A DNA stretch of 60,409 nt, filler included, from Dugesia japonica (Eukaryota): the NCBI GenBank assembly GCA_001938525.1. It is 5 parts of 5 records of this genome, joined end to end, with 100 filler letters (N's around TTAATTAATTAA, not from the genome) between each part and the next. Parts side by side here need not be neighbours in the genome. Positions count along the whole stretch, not along the records: positions 37,628 to 51,095 come from MQRL01647930.1; 4 more parts are not named here. One strand, 5' to 3'. The number at the start of each line of letters is the position of its first letter. Position 1 is the stretch's first letter. Below are positions 39,337-48,807 of this stretch, piece by piece. Under the pieces are notes generated by a model. The model was not told the origin of the DNA, made no database searches, and saw nothing but the letters and a program-made list of their open reading frames with translations. Both the position numbers and the translations under genes were made by a program.

Positions 39337-40665
39337 ATGATTAAATTAGATTTAGATGATAATATTCATTTTTCACATACATCAATTAAAAATGATTTAT
39401 TAATAATTTCTCCATCAGCATCATCATTAAACAAATTAAATTCTTCAGGTGAAATTGTTTTTCAATCTTTACAATCAACAAATCCACTTGATATTTGTAA
39501 TTCAATGTTATACTTTGAAATTGAAATTACAGTTGCAGATGTAACAAAAACAATATTAGAAAATAACTTCTTTCCTAGTTTATTTAGTTCAATGAGATTT
39601 ATCATAGGCTCATCAGAAGTTGAAACAGTTCATGATCCTGGTGTTATATCTACAATGTTAAATTTAATATCTACAACTGAAACATGGAAAACAGAATATG
39701 GTCAAATGTCAGGATGGATGCCAGATATAAATAAAGGTGACACTGAAGTAACAAGTTGGGATTGTAACATGGGATTTTATAACAGAAAGAAATTATATTC
39801 ATCTAAAACATTTGAAGGTTATTTTCAATTGAGAAATTTATTTGGTTTCATGCAAAATTATAACAGACTTTTATATAATACAATGATAGAGTTCAGATGT
39901 AATAGACAATTAGATGATAAATTAATATTTTATGGAGCAAAAGATGACACAGCAAAATTAACAATAAAAACTTTAGAACTTCACATTCCAGAATGTAATT
40001 TATTACCTAGAAAAGAATTATCAATATTAGAAAGAATAGCTACAGATAAGCCTATTAAAGTTTCTTATTTAAATAGAATAACTGGTAAAACTAATATTGA
40101 AACTGGTGGAAATTATANAATAAAAATTAGTAGTTTAGCATATCAACCTAGATTTGTTTTTATTTGTTTTAAAGATAATAAAATTTCAGAAGAAAAAAAT
40201 AATAATTTATTTATTCAAAAATCTACTAAAAAAGTTAAAGAAACAACCAAAGTTGGTGATAAAGAAGAAACAAAAGAAGTAATAAAAACCAGTTATTTAC
40301 AAAGTATACAATTAGTATTAAATAATACTTACTATCCAATAATCAAATGTGAATTTAACATGTTAAATAATCAAATGATTTATCCATACATGGCATATGT
40401 AAAATGTTGTCATCAATTTTTAACAGAACCACAATTATCATTAATGGATTTTGGTAATTTATATCCAATGTTTTGTTTTGACACTTCAGCGCATGATGAT
40501 AAAATGAATATTAATAATGTTGATGTAACACTAAAGATTACAAAAGATCCAGATTTTAAAGGTACTATTCATTGGTGCATACTTGAAGAAAAACATATTG
40601 AAATGAAATTATCCAACAGCAAAATTGTTATGATTGAAAATATTAGAGGTATTGATATTCAATGA
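39337..40665 (+). CDS. Major capsid protein, double jelly-roll (~442 aa)
   Basis: LNSSGEIVF, S.LYFE, NNFFPSLFS.MR..I...EVE....PG..STM, L..LFGF, PRFVFI.F, L.LN..YYP and PMFCFD.S match the Polinton/adintovirus capsid pattern. The track's 39271 start lies in a repeat, so ATG 39337 is preferred. Confidence 0.88.
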   Translation: MIKLDLDDNIHFSHTSIKNDLLIISPSASSLNKLNSSGEIVFQSLQSTNPLDICNSMLYFEIEITVADVTKTILENNFFPSLFSSMRFIIGSSEVETVHDPGVISTMLNLISTTETWKTEYGQMSGWMPDINKGDTEVTSWDCNMGFYNRKKLYSSKTFEGYFQLRNLFGFMQNYNRLLYNTMIEFRCNRQLDDKLIFYGAKDDTAKLTIKTLELHIPECNLLPRKELSILERIATDKPIKVSYLNRITGKTNIETGGNYXIKISSLAYQPRFVFICFKDNKISEEKNNNLFIQKSTKKVKETTKVGDKEETKEVIKTSYLQSIQLVLNNTYYPIIKCEFNMLNNQMIYPYMAYVKCCHQFLTEPQLSLMDFGNLYPMFCFDTSAHDDKMNINNVDVTLKITKDPDFKGTIHWCILEEKHIEMKLSNSKIVMIENIRGIDIQ

Positions 40666-40762
40666 AAAATTTTAAATATTAAATTTAAGAAATGAAAAAC
40701 TTCATATGTGACAATTGTGGTAAAATATTACGACGCTGTTAAATGATAAATTAAATAAATAG

Positions 40763-42127
40763 ATGAAGAATTTTATCTGTGAAGAATGTGGTAAAATAAT
40801 CTTAAAGAAAAATAAGTCAAGACATTTAGATTTATGCATTAATAAAGTAAAATTTCCTCCAGAATCAAGACATTTAGATTTGTGTATTAATAAAGTAACT
40901 CAATATATGGGAGGCGATATTCAAAATTCAAAATTTATATCTAAAATTTTAAAACCAATAACTACAGAAAAATATCCTGGTGAAAGACATTTATTTAAAC
41001 ATAATTACACTGGACCTGGAACGCGATTAGATATTAGATTAGATTCTGATAATATTCCAAATCCTGGTGAAGAACCAATTAATAAAGTTGATGAAGCCGC
41101 ATTAAAACATGACATTGCGTATAATTCTGAAAACATACGCGATCGTCATATTGCAGATGTAAATTTAATACATGATCTTAATAATATTGAAAATCCTACA
41201 TTAACAGAAAAATTTCAAAGAGCTCTTGTAAAATTAGCAATGAAAGGTAAAATAATAATTGGTAGCGGAGGCACAAAAAAGAATCCATATAAAAAAAGTA
41301 CAATTATAGATGAAGAATCTGATGACGAGCAAATTGAACAAAGAGATATTTTATCAAAAGAACTTCACAAAGAATATAAAAGACCTAAACATTTTAGAAA
41401 AGTAATTGTACATGCAAAAGATGACATTTGGTCTGCAGATTTAATATTTTATGGAATTGAAAGAAAAGGTAAAAATGTAATATTAACAGTTATAGATCTT
41501 TACACAAGATATGCATTCATAGAATTAACAAATCGAAAAACTGGTCCAGCAATAACAAAAGCATTTGAAAATATTATTGAAAAAAGTAATAGAGTTCCAA
41601 ATAAATTATGGGTTGATAAAGGTAAAGAATTTTATAATTCAACATTTAAANNNNNNNNNNNNNNNNNNNNNNNNNNNNNNNNNNNNNNNNNNNNNNNNNN
41701 NNNNNNNNNNNNNNNNNNNNNNNNNNNNNNNNNNNNNNNNNNNNNNNNNTTTCAACATTTTACTGCCGTTGGATCTCAACAAATAGATTTAAAATTATTA
41801 GAACAAATTGTAAATGATTACAATAACAGTGTACATTCTAGTATTAAACTTACACCTCAAAATGCTTCATTAAATCCTGAAAATGTTCTCCCTAAAAAGG
41901 CGAAGCCTTTTAATGAAAAGTTAAGATTTAAAATTGGAGATCGTGTAAGAATAACTAAAATAGGAAAAACTTTTCCTAAAGGTTATACATTTAAATGGTC
42001 AAAAAGAATTTATATAATTACAAAAATTTATCATGAGAAACCTTTTACATTTGAAATCTCAAATCTTAACGGCAACAAAATATTGGGAAGATTTTATAGT
42101 AATGAATTACAGAAATCAGGCTTTTAA
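40763..42127 (+). CDS. Zinc-finger + parvovirus-type phospholipase A2 + retroviral-like (rve) integrase fusion
   Basis: CEECGK...RH; HNYTGPGT...PINKVDEAALKHDIAY (PLA2 Ca-loop and H-D helix); IWSADL, LTVIDLYTRYA, LWVDKGKEFYN (first two catalytic D; the E falls in the N gap); FKIGDRVRI..KGY..KWS..GRFY..ELQK tail. Confidence 0.92.
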   Translation: MKNFICEECGKIILKKNKSRHLDLCINKVKFPPESRHLDLCINKVTQYMGGDIQNSKFISKILKPITTEKYPGERHLFKHNYTGPGTRLDIRLDSDNIPNPGEEPINKVDEAALKHDIAYNSENIRDRHIADVNLIHDLNNIENPTLTEKFQRALVKLAMKGKIIIGSGGTKKNPYKKSTIIDEESDDEQIEQRDILSKELHKEYKRPKHFRKVIVHAKDDIWSADLIFYGIERKGKNVILTVIDLYTRYAFIELTNRKTGPAITKAFENIIEKSNRVPNKLWVDKGKEFYNSTFKXXXXXXXXXXXXXXXXXXXXXXXXXXXXXXXXXFQHFTAVGSQQIDLKLLEQIVNDYNNSVHSSIKLTPQNASLNPENVLPKKAKPFNEKLRFKIGDRVRITKIGKTFPKGYTFKWSKRIYIITKIYHEKPFTFEISNLNGNKILGRFYSNELQKSGF

Positions 42128-42226
42128 ATGTAAAATGTAAAATGTAAAATGCAAATGTAAAATGTAAAAATGTAAAATGTAAAATGAAAAATATAAAGGG
42201 TTATGATTAAAATAAAAACATAGAAA

Positions 42227-42427
42227 ATGCGTATGTTAGATCCCACACCAAGCAAAGTTTATTATAAATATGAAGATGAAAATGATTACACACAAAGTGA
42301 AGAAAGTGAAAATGAAAATGAAAATGATTACACACAAAGTGAAGAAATTGAAGAAATTGAAAATAATTATGATAATGATAATTATCCGATTTTTAATTTA
42401 CCACGAGATAGAAATTATTTATTATAA
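42227..42427 (+). CDS. Small acidic protein (66 aa)
   Basis: Fills the integrase-ATPase gap; same ATAGAAAATG start context; internal ENDYTQSEE duplication. Confidence 0.5.
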   Translation: MRMLDPTPSKVYYKYEDENDYTQSEESENENENDYTQSEEIEEIENNYDNDNYPIFNLPRDRNYLL

Positions 42428-42448
42428 AAATTGCGAAGCTCATAAAGA

Positions 42449-43204
42449 ATGTCAACTCCTTTAGTCTGGAATAATAATTTAACAAAGTTTAATAATAAAG
42501 TTCTTCCTAATAATTTTAGATTATTAATTATAGGGTCTTCTGGTTGTGGTAAAAATATTTTATTAATGAAAATGTTATTAACTACAGATTTTTTAGATTA
42601 TGATACATTAATTTTTTATTCCACAACAATTAATCTATTTGAAATACAACTGTTATATTTAGGATTTGAAAATGGACTATCTAAAGATGAAATTTATTAC
42701 ATGTTTGAAAAACAAAGTTTAGTACCAAAAAATTTAACAACTCCAAATCAAGTTATAAATTATTATTTAGATAAAAAATTAGTAACTAAAAAATCTAGAT
42801 CAATAAATGTTACATTATCAAATAAACNTAATGAAATTATTTCATGTGACAAACTTTCAAGAGAAAAGAAAAATTTAATAATCTTTGATGATGTAGTTAA
42901 TGAAAAGAATCAAGAAATTCAAAAAAGTTATTTTACAAGAGGTAGACATTCAAATTGTAATGTAATTTATATTTCACAAACATATTATCATTTAGATAAA
43001 AACTCTATCAGAAATAATTCAAATTGTTACATATTTTTTAAGTTAAATAAAACTGATAGAGATAATGTTTATCATGAATTATTTTCTAATGTTTTTAATA
43101 ATAAATCTGAATTTGACTATGAAGTAAATTTACATTGGAAAACTAAATATAATTATTTTTACTTAAATAAAGAGACTGATGAAATGTTGGATGATTTATT
43201 CTAA
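42449..43204 (+). CDS. A32/FtsK-like genome-packaging ATPase
   Basis: Walker A LLIIGSSGCGKN, Walker B LIIFDDV, RGRH arginine finger, IYISQ, IRNN. Confidence 0.93.
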   Translation: MSTPLVWNNNLTKFNNKVLPNNFRLLIIGSSGCGKNILLMKMLLTTDFLDYDTLIFYSTTINLFEIQLLYLGFENGLSKDEIYYMFEKQSLVPKNLTTPNQVINYYLDKKLVTKKSRSINVTLSNKXNEIISCDKLSREKKNLIIFDDVVNEKNQEIQKSYFTRGRHSNCNVIYISQTYYHLDKNSIRNNSNCYIFFKLNKTDRDNVYHELFSNVFNNKSEFDYEVNLHWKTKYNYFYLNKETDEMLDDLF

Positions 43205-44317
43205 TTGTTTGATTTCAAAAAATCTTTTAATCTTTTTTAATTCCTTTTCTACTATAGTTGTAAATGACCAAGTTGATTTTAATACATCTGGATATTTATC
43301 AGCAAATTTATAAAATTTTATTATTTTATTTATAAAATTAATTTTATATGGAATTCCAAGTGAATTTATATGTTTTTCTACTTTATCATTATTTTTAAAT
43401 TTAGTTTTTATTATTTCAAAGAAATATCCCAAATTATAATAACTTATTAAAGTAATTCGTTTTCCAATACTTAAAGTAAAATACCAATTTTTAATATTAT
43501 CATCTAAATTTGCTGCAGACTGTTTGAGGTTATTATTAACATTTGGATAAACAAAAAGATTTACAATTGATTCTGAAAATCTTTTAAAAAATTCTTTATC
43601 ATTTTCAATTTTATCATCTTTAATAATTTCATCTTGAATTTCAATTATTTGAATTTCATCTTTAATAATTTCATTTTGAATTTCAGACTGTGCGGAGCCC
43701 AGCGAAGTGCATTCAGATTCAGATTCAATATTTTCATCTTTAATAATTTCATTTTGAATTTCAGATTNNNNNNNNNNNNNNNTTTCATCTTTAATAATTT
43801 CATTTTGAATTTCAGATTCAGATTCAGATTCAGATTCAGATTTAATATTTTTATCTTTAATAATTTCATCTTTAATAATTTCATCTTTAATAATTTCATC
43901 TTTAATAATTTCATTTTGAATTTCAGATTCAGATTCAGATTCAATATTTTCATCTTTAATAATTTCATCTTTAATAATTTCATCTTTAATAATTTCATCT
44001 TTAATAATTTCATTTTGAATTTCAGATTCAGATTTAATATTTGCCACATAATCTATAACATGTTTTTTAATATTATTATCTTGTCTAAGATGTGGTAATC
44101 TACTTCTTTTACGCTTTTCTTCATCTATAATATAAGGTTGTACGGAGTCCAGCGCGGCGCCTTTCGGTTTTTCAGAGCGAACATATTCATCCTCATCAAA
44201 TTTTATTTTTCCATCAACACAAAATATATTTTTATTAATTTTGATTATACAATCATCACAACATAAATTATGTATTTGTCCATAATAAATTTTTGTATTA
44301 AAATAATGAGCCTTCAT
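43196..44317 (-). CDS. Hypothetical protein (373 aa) with (IIKDE)n/SESEIQNE repeats and a helical C-terminal domain
   Basis: Long open frame convergent with the ATPase (stops overlap); 15-nt and 6-nt tandem units at 43600-44040. Confidence 0.75.
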   Translation of the reverse strand: MKAHYFNTKIYYGQIHNLCCDDCIIKINKNIFCVDGKIKFDEDEYVRSEKPKGAALDSVQPYIIDEEKRKRSRLPHLRQDNNIKKHVIDYVANIKSESEIQNEIIKDEIIKDEIIKDEIIKDENIESESESEIQNEIIKDEIIKDEIIKDEIIKDKNIKSESESESESEIQNEIIKDEXXXXXXSEIQNEIIKDENIESESECTSLGSAQSEIQNEIIKDEIQIIEIQDEIIKDDKIENDKEFFKRFSESIVNLFVYPNVNNNLKQSAANLDDNIKNWYFTLSIGKRITLISYYNLGYFFEIIKTKFKNNDKVEKHINSLGIPYKINFINKIIKFYKFADKYPDVLKSTWSFTTIVEKELKKIKRFFEIKQLE

Positions 44318-44378
44318 TTTCTATATATAAAATTTAATCATATCAACTGTTCGGATCCGAACAAATTGGGCCCCTTGG

Positions 44379-45008
44379 TTATATTCCTAATTTCAACTTC
44401 ATCTCATTAATAATTTTATTTTGATTTTCAATTATTAATTTAAAATTTTCTTCCTTCTTTTTTTTATTTCCAAAAATTAATTCATGTACTTCATTTACCA
44501 TGTTCTTACTAATAGTTAATTCTTCATCAGTTAAAATTTCATCATGTACAGCTTTCTCTTGAAATAGAAATAATTTATTTTTAACACACTCAAGATTCTT
44601 AATTAATTTTTCATATCTTTCTTTTCTAGATTTAATTAATGAAGAATTTAATGCTCCTATTACAGGCAGAACTGATACAGCTCCTGTAATACAAGATACA
44701 CCAATTGCAGCAACAGCTGCTCCAACTGGTGTGATAAATATTACTCCTGCTATTCCAATTCCTGCACTTACAACTATTTGTGTATATTTAATAGTAGAAT
44801 CTATTCTACTCCATCTTCTATGTATCTTCTTATAATGTTTAATTTTATCTTTAATAAAGTAAAGATCATTTTCAAAATCTCTAATTCTAGATAATGCAAG
44901 TTTATTTTTTAAATCACGAAGCTCACTTCCAGCATAATCTTCTTGTAAGCTAGGATATAATTGTCCGGAGGCCAGCGTAGCGAATTTATTTATATTTTCT
45001 TCTTCCAT
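44379..45008 (-). CDS. Conserved adintovirus-type hydrophobic-hairpin membrane protein ('GasderminX'-like)
   Basis: LYPSL, a helical basic region, a Gly/Ala-rich double hydrophobic segment (VSAGIGIAGVIFITPVGAAVAAIGVSCITGAVSVL) and a KA..D..LTDEE tail. Confidence 0.7.
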   Translation of the reverse strand: MEEENINKFATLASGQLYPSLQEDYAGSELRDLKNKLALSRIRDFENDLYFIKDKIKHYKKIHRRWSRIDSTIKYTQIVVSAGIGIAGVIFITPVGAAVAAIGVSCITGAVSVLPVIGALNSSLIKSRKERYEKLIKNLECVKNKLFLFQEKAVHDEILTDEELTISKNMVNEVHELIFGNKKKKEENFKLIIENQNKIINEMKLKLGI

Positions 45009-45013
45009 TTTTA

Positions 45014-47982
45014 TTATGAAAATTTTATTTTAATTATAATTTTATTAATGGAAATTCCTTTAGGTAAAGTTAATGAGAAAAAAGAAGTATTTTTATTAGT
45101 ATGCGAAAAATAAAACATTTTAGTTATATAATCATAAAAATTATTTTCTAATGAACTCCCTTCCTCACCGGTGAACATTTGTCTAATATTATTAATTTTA
45201 TATTCTATAAATTCACTTTCAGAATAACCGTTAACATAATAATTAATATTACAAACAATAAATGTATTTAAAGAAATAATTAATGGTTCTTTAAGATAAA
45301 AACATTTTTGATTGTCTATATTTTTTATTACACCTTTTCTTGTAAAATCTAAATACTTTACATTCTCTCTATTAATAGAATAATATGGAAGATTATCTGT
45401 TTCACTATCATTATCTATATGAAACCATAATATTAAATTTTTAGTTAAATTATTTTTATGTGGCAACCAATTATCAATTAAATGTTTAAGTGTTAAGTCT
45501 TCACCATTATATTCTTTTATTAAAATATTAATTCTATCAATAAAAATTTTATGAAGTTTTGGTTTTATTCTTTCATATTCTTTTAATAATTCTTCAGGAA
45601 TTTTATAACCAAGTAATTTAACATTTAAATTATTTAAAAAAATTCCTTTAGGTAAAATTATTTGTATAAAATTTATATTACTAACATTTAAAATTTCTTT
45701 ACTTTCANNNNNNNNNNNNNNNNNNNNNNNNNNNNNNNNNNNNNNNNNNNNNNNNNNCTAACATTTAAAATTTCTTTACTTTCACGATAAATTTTCATAA
45801 GATTATCATCAGGTTTAACAAATAAAAATGAAACTGCAAAATGATTAATTTTAATGATATATGTAAATTTTTCAACTTCACAAAAACCATCTANACTTAT
45901 ACTAACTTTATATTTTAATTTTGTATATAATGAAATAGTTAAAGAATCTTTAATATTAAAATAATAATCACTAAATGTTGTATGTTTTATGCAATCTTTT
46001 CTTATAAAATCTAAATCATACACATATTTATCTATAACAGTAAAATATGGAAGAGTATCATTTTTCTTAGTAGGAAGTATTGAAAATATTATATCTTCAT
46101 TAGTTATATTTGAGTAAGGTAAGTAATTATCAATTAAATGTTTTATATTTTTATTATCATATGTTTTAGATAAAATGTTAAATTTATCAATGTAAATTTT
46201 ATGTAGGTTTGGTTTTATTGTTTCATATTCTTTATTTAATTCTTCATAAATTTTTAACTTGTATGTTTTAATAATTAAGTGATTAAAATAAATTTTTTCT
46301 GGTAAAATTATTTCAATATAATTTATTTGTTCAGATACTAACTTTGCAAAATCAGTACTTTCACGATAAATTATTATTTTATTATCAGGTGTAAAATAAT
46401 ATTCCCATGATAATGCTATATGATTAATTTTAATAATGTAAGTAAATCTTTTTTCATGATGCCCTTCTATAAATATACAAAGTTTTTCATTAATGTTAAG
46501 ATATAATTTAATAATTAAAGATTCATCAAGATAAAACCCTTTTGTAATCATTCTACCGTTTCTTTTAAAATCTAAATTCTTTACTTGATTATTTATTTAA
46601 AATTGTGGAAGAATTTTTTCTCTAAAACAGATAATTGTTAATATTGAATTATCATCTGGCATAAAAACATATGGTAAGTAATTATCAATTAGTTCTTTTA
46701 AATTTTTAACTATTGTTTCAGAATATTTTTCTTTAGATGATTTAAATAAAATATTAATTCTATCAATAAAAAATTTATGCATACTTGGTTTTATTCTTTC
46801 ATATGCTTTAGTCAATCTATCAATAATTTCTAATTTATATATATTAACACTTAAATTATGTAAATAAATTCCTCTTGGTAATTCTATTTCAATAAAATTT
46901 ATATTAACATCTTTATTAACTTCAGTACTTTCACGAAAAATATCAACTCTATTAGTTATATCTTTTCTATATATAAATCTATAATATAAATTGTTAATTT
47001 TAATGGTATAAAAAAATTTTTCAATATCACAATAACCAATTATACCTATACTAATTTTTTCATTTATCTTTGTATGTAAAATAATAATTAAAGGTTCTTC
47101 AAGATAATAATATTGAATGTTAGAAATAAGTTTCATTACACCTTTTCTTTTGAAATCTAAATTGTGAATATATTTACTCATAATACTAAATTGTGGAAGG
47201 GTTTCATGTTTTTCATAACACCAAATTAAAAAAATTATTTTATTAGTTTGTATAAAATAATATGGTAAGTAATTATCAATTATTTCTTTTATACTTTTAT
47301 ATGTTACATCAGAAAGTGTTTCTTTATAAGTGTTAAATAAAACATTAATTCTATTAATGAAATAACTATGTAGTTTTATATTTCCAATTTCTTTATGCAC
47401 TTTATTAATTTTAAATCTAAAATCTTCTATATTTAATTTAATTATATTAATATAATTTAAATATTCATCAAATGTTTTCTTATCTATATCAAGATGTAAT
47501 TTTATAATTTTATTATCTAATGTGATAATTTCTTTTTTAATTTTCCATGATAAATCGTTACTACTTAACTTTTTTAAATTAAAAATTAAATCACTTCTTT
47601 TAAATGGGAAAAGTACATATTTTATTCTTTTAATATCAGAACCAACATTATCAAATGACTCATCATTAGTGACCTTTGAAAGATTTTTAATTTTAAATTG
47701 TAAATAAATTTTATTAATTGTGGATTCATTAACTTTTAATATTTTTGAGAAGATAAATTCGTGACTTTGTAATTTATCTTCTAATTGTTTAATATATTTT
47801 AAATTAACTGCATCATTGAGATCTTTTGGATCTTCTGTTATTTTTAAAGATGTAATTGTGTCACCTGTTTCATTTACATATTTATTGTCATTATTTGCAT
47901 TAGCTAATCTAATTCTAGCATCAACTCTTTTCATTATTTGTGCATTGCCTGTTTTATATATACTTTCTCCAAATCTATTCAT
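45014..47982 (-). pseudogene. Fibre/spike-like protein (~963 codons, four ~190-aa repeats) with one internal TAA; split into three ORFs in the track
   Basis: ORFs 46597-47982 and 45688-46551 share a frame and are separated by a single TAA. The 50-N gap (45708-45757) is flanked by the same 27 bp, and collapsing it puts 45014-45466 in frame. N-terminal GD..T.L....DP.D..DAVN.KYI is a fibre-shaft-like motif. Confidence 0.75.
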
Positions 47983-48409
47983 TTATTAATGATAATTTAT
48001 CATATAAATTTTTCATCTCTAAAATTATATCTTCGAAGTTGGTATGTTTAAGTGAATATAAAAAATAAATACATAAGACACCACAAATTTTAGTACCAAA
48101 ATGTTGCACTTGAATTTTATTATATTTCTTTATAAATTTTTCTAATTCTTCTAAAGGTTTCAATCCAAAAGAGTCAAAATAAAAACCTTTAGTATAGGCA
48201 ACCCAATGAGTTCCTTTTTGATTTGTATTTTGATAATTAAAAATATAATTACCTTTATTTAATATTTTACATTTTTCATTTTTCATATAAATTTCTAAAG
48301 GTAGATTTAAAAATTCCGCAATTGAATATAAATCAAAATTTGTAGTTGTAGAGATTCCAAATGTTTTTAAGAAATCAATTAAATTATACTTTTGGTCGCC
48401 TCGCTCCAT
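47975..48409 (-). CDS. Adenain-like cysteine maturation protease
   Basis: GTHWVA, YFDSFG..P and Q.Q......CG..C give the H-D-Q-C catalytic order. Confidence 0.93.
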   Translation of the reverse strand: MERGDQKYNLIDFLKTFGISTTTNFDLYSIAEFLNLPLEIYMKNEKCKILNKGNYIFNYQNTNQKGTHWVAYTKGFYFDSFGLKPLEELEKFIKKYNKIQVQHFGTKICGVLCIYFLYSLKHTNFEDIILEMKNLYDKLSLINE

Positions 48410-48426
48410 TTATTAAATGTAAAATG

Positions 48427-48807
48427 TTACATGCGATATTTTCTTAAATGAACTAAAATAGAAATTGTTTCTTGGTTAAAATCTATTGTGTTAAAGTTTT
48501 CATCTACCACATTAAATATTAAACTTGAAATGTAATTTGTATTAATTATAGAATAAATTGGAACTGATTGTCTTTCAATAATTTTATGACCAAATGGAAC
48601 TGTGTTTATTGGAAATGAATATAATAAATTTATTTGTTTAGATTCTCCATTTGGAGTTTTTACATAATTATCTTTAACAATATTACAAGTTACATTTATC
48701 ATGTTAATAGGTGAAATGTCAATTTTCGTTTCTGAATAATAATTTCCTGGTGGATAGGATTTTACTGAGAAACTGAAAATTTTATGAAAGAAAGATTTAT
48801 TATCAAA
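48427..48807 (-). pseudogene. Minor capsid protein (penton, single jelly-roll), C-terminal half only
   Basis: INVTCNIV, LYSF...VP.GHKI.E, DEN..IDF..E.I. The frame stays open upstream of the track's Met (FDNKSFFHKIFSF...SETKIDI) up to the junction with polB, with no native start. Confidence 0.75.

Noticed and set aside
43634-44098. Antisense and alternate-frame ORFs (FNNFI, MKLLK repeats); also 42270-42464, 39110-39310, 38686-38937
   Set aside because: Shadows of tandem repeats or of real genes on the other strand or frame.
46597-46599. TAA reassignment or programmed readthrough in the virus (two in-frame TAA)
   Set aside because: Several intact genes of the element end in TAA and the copy has other lesions; simple nonsense mutation is more parsimonious.
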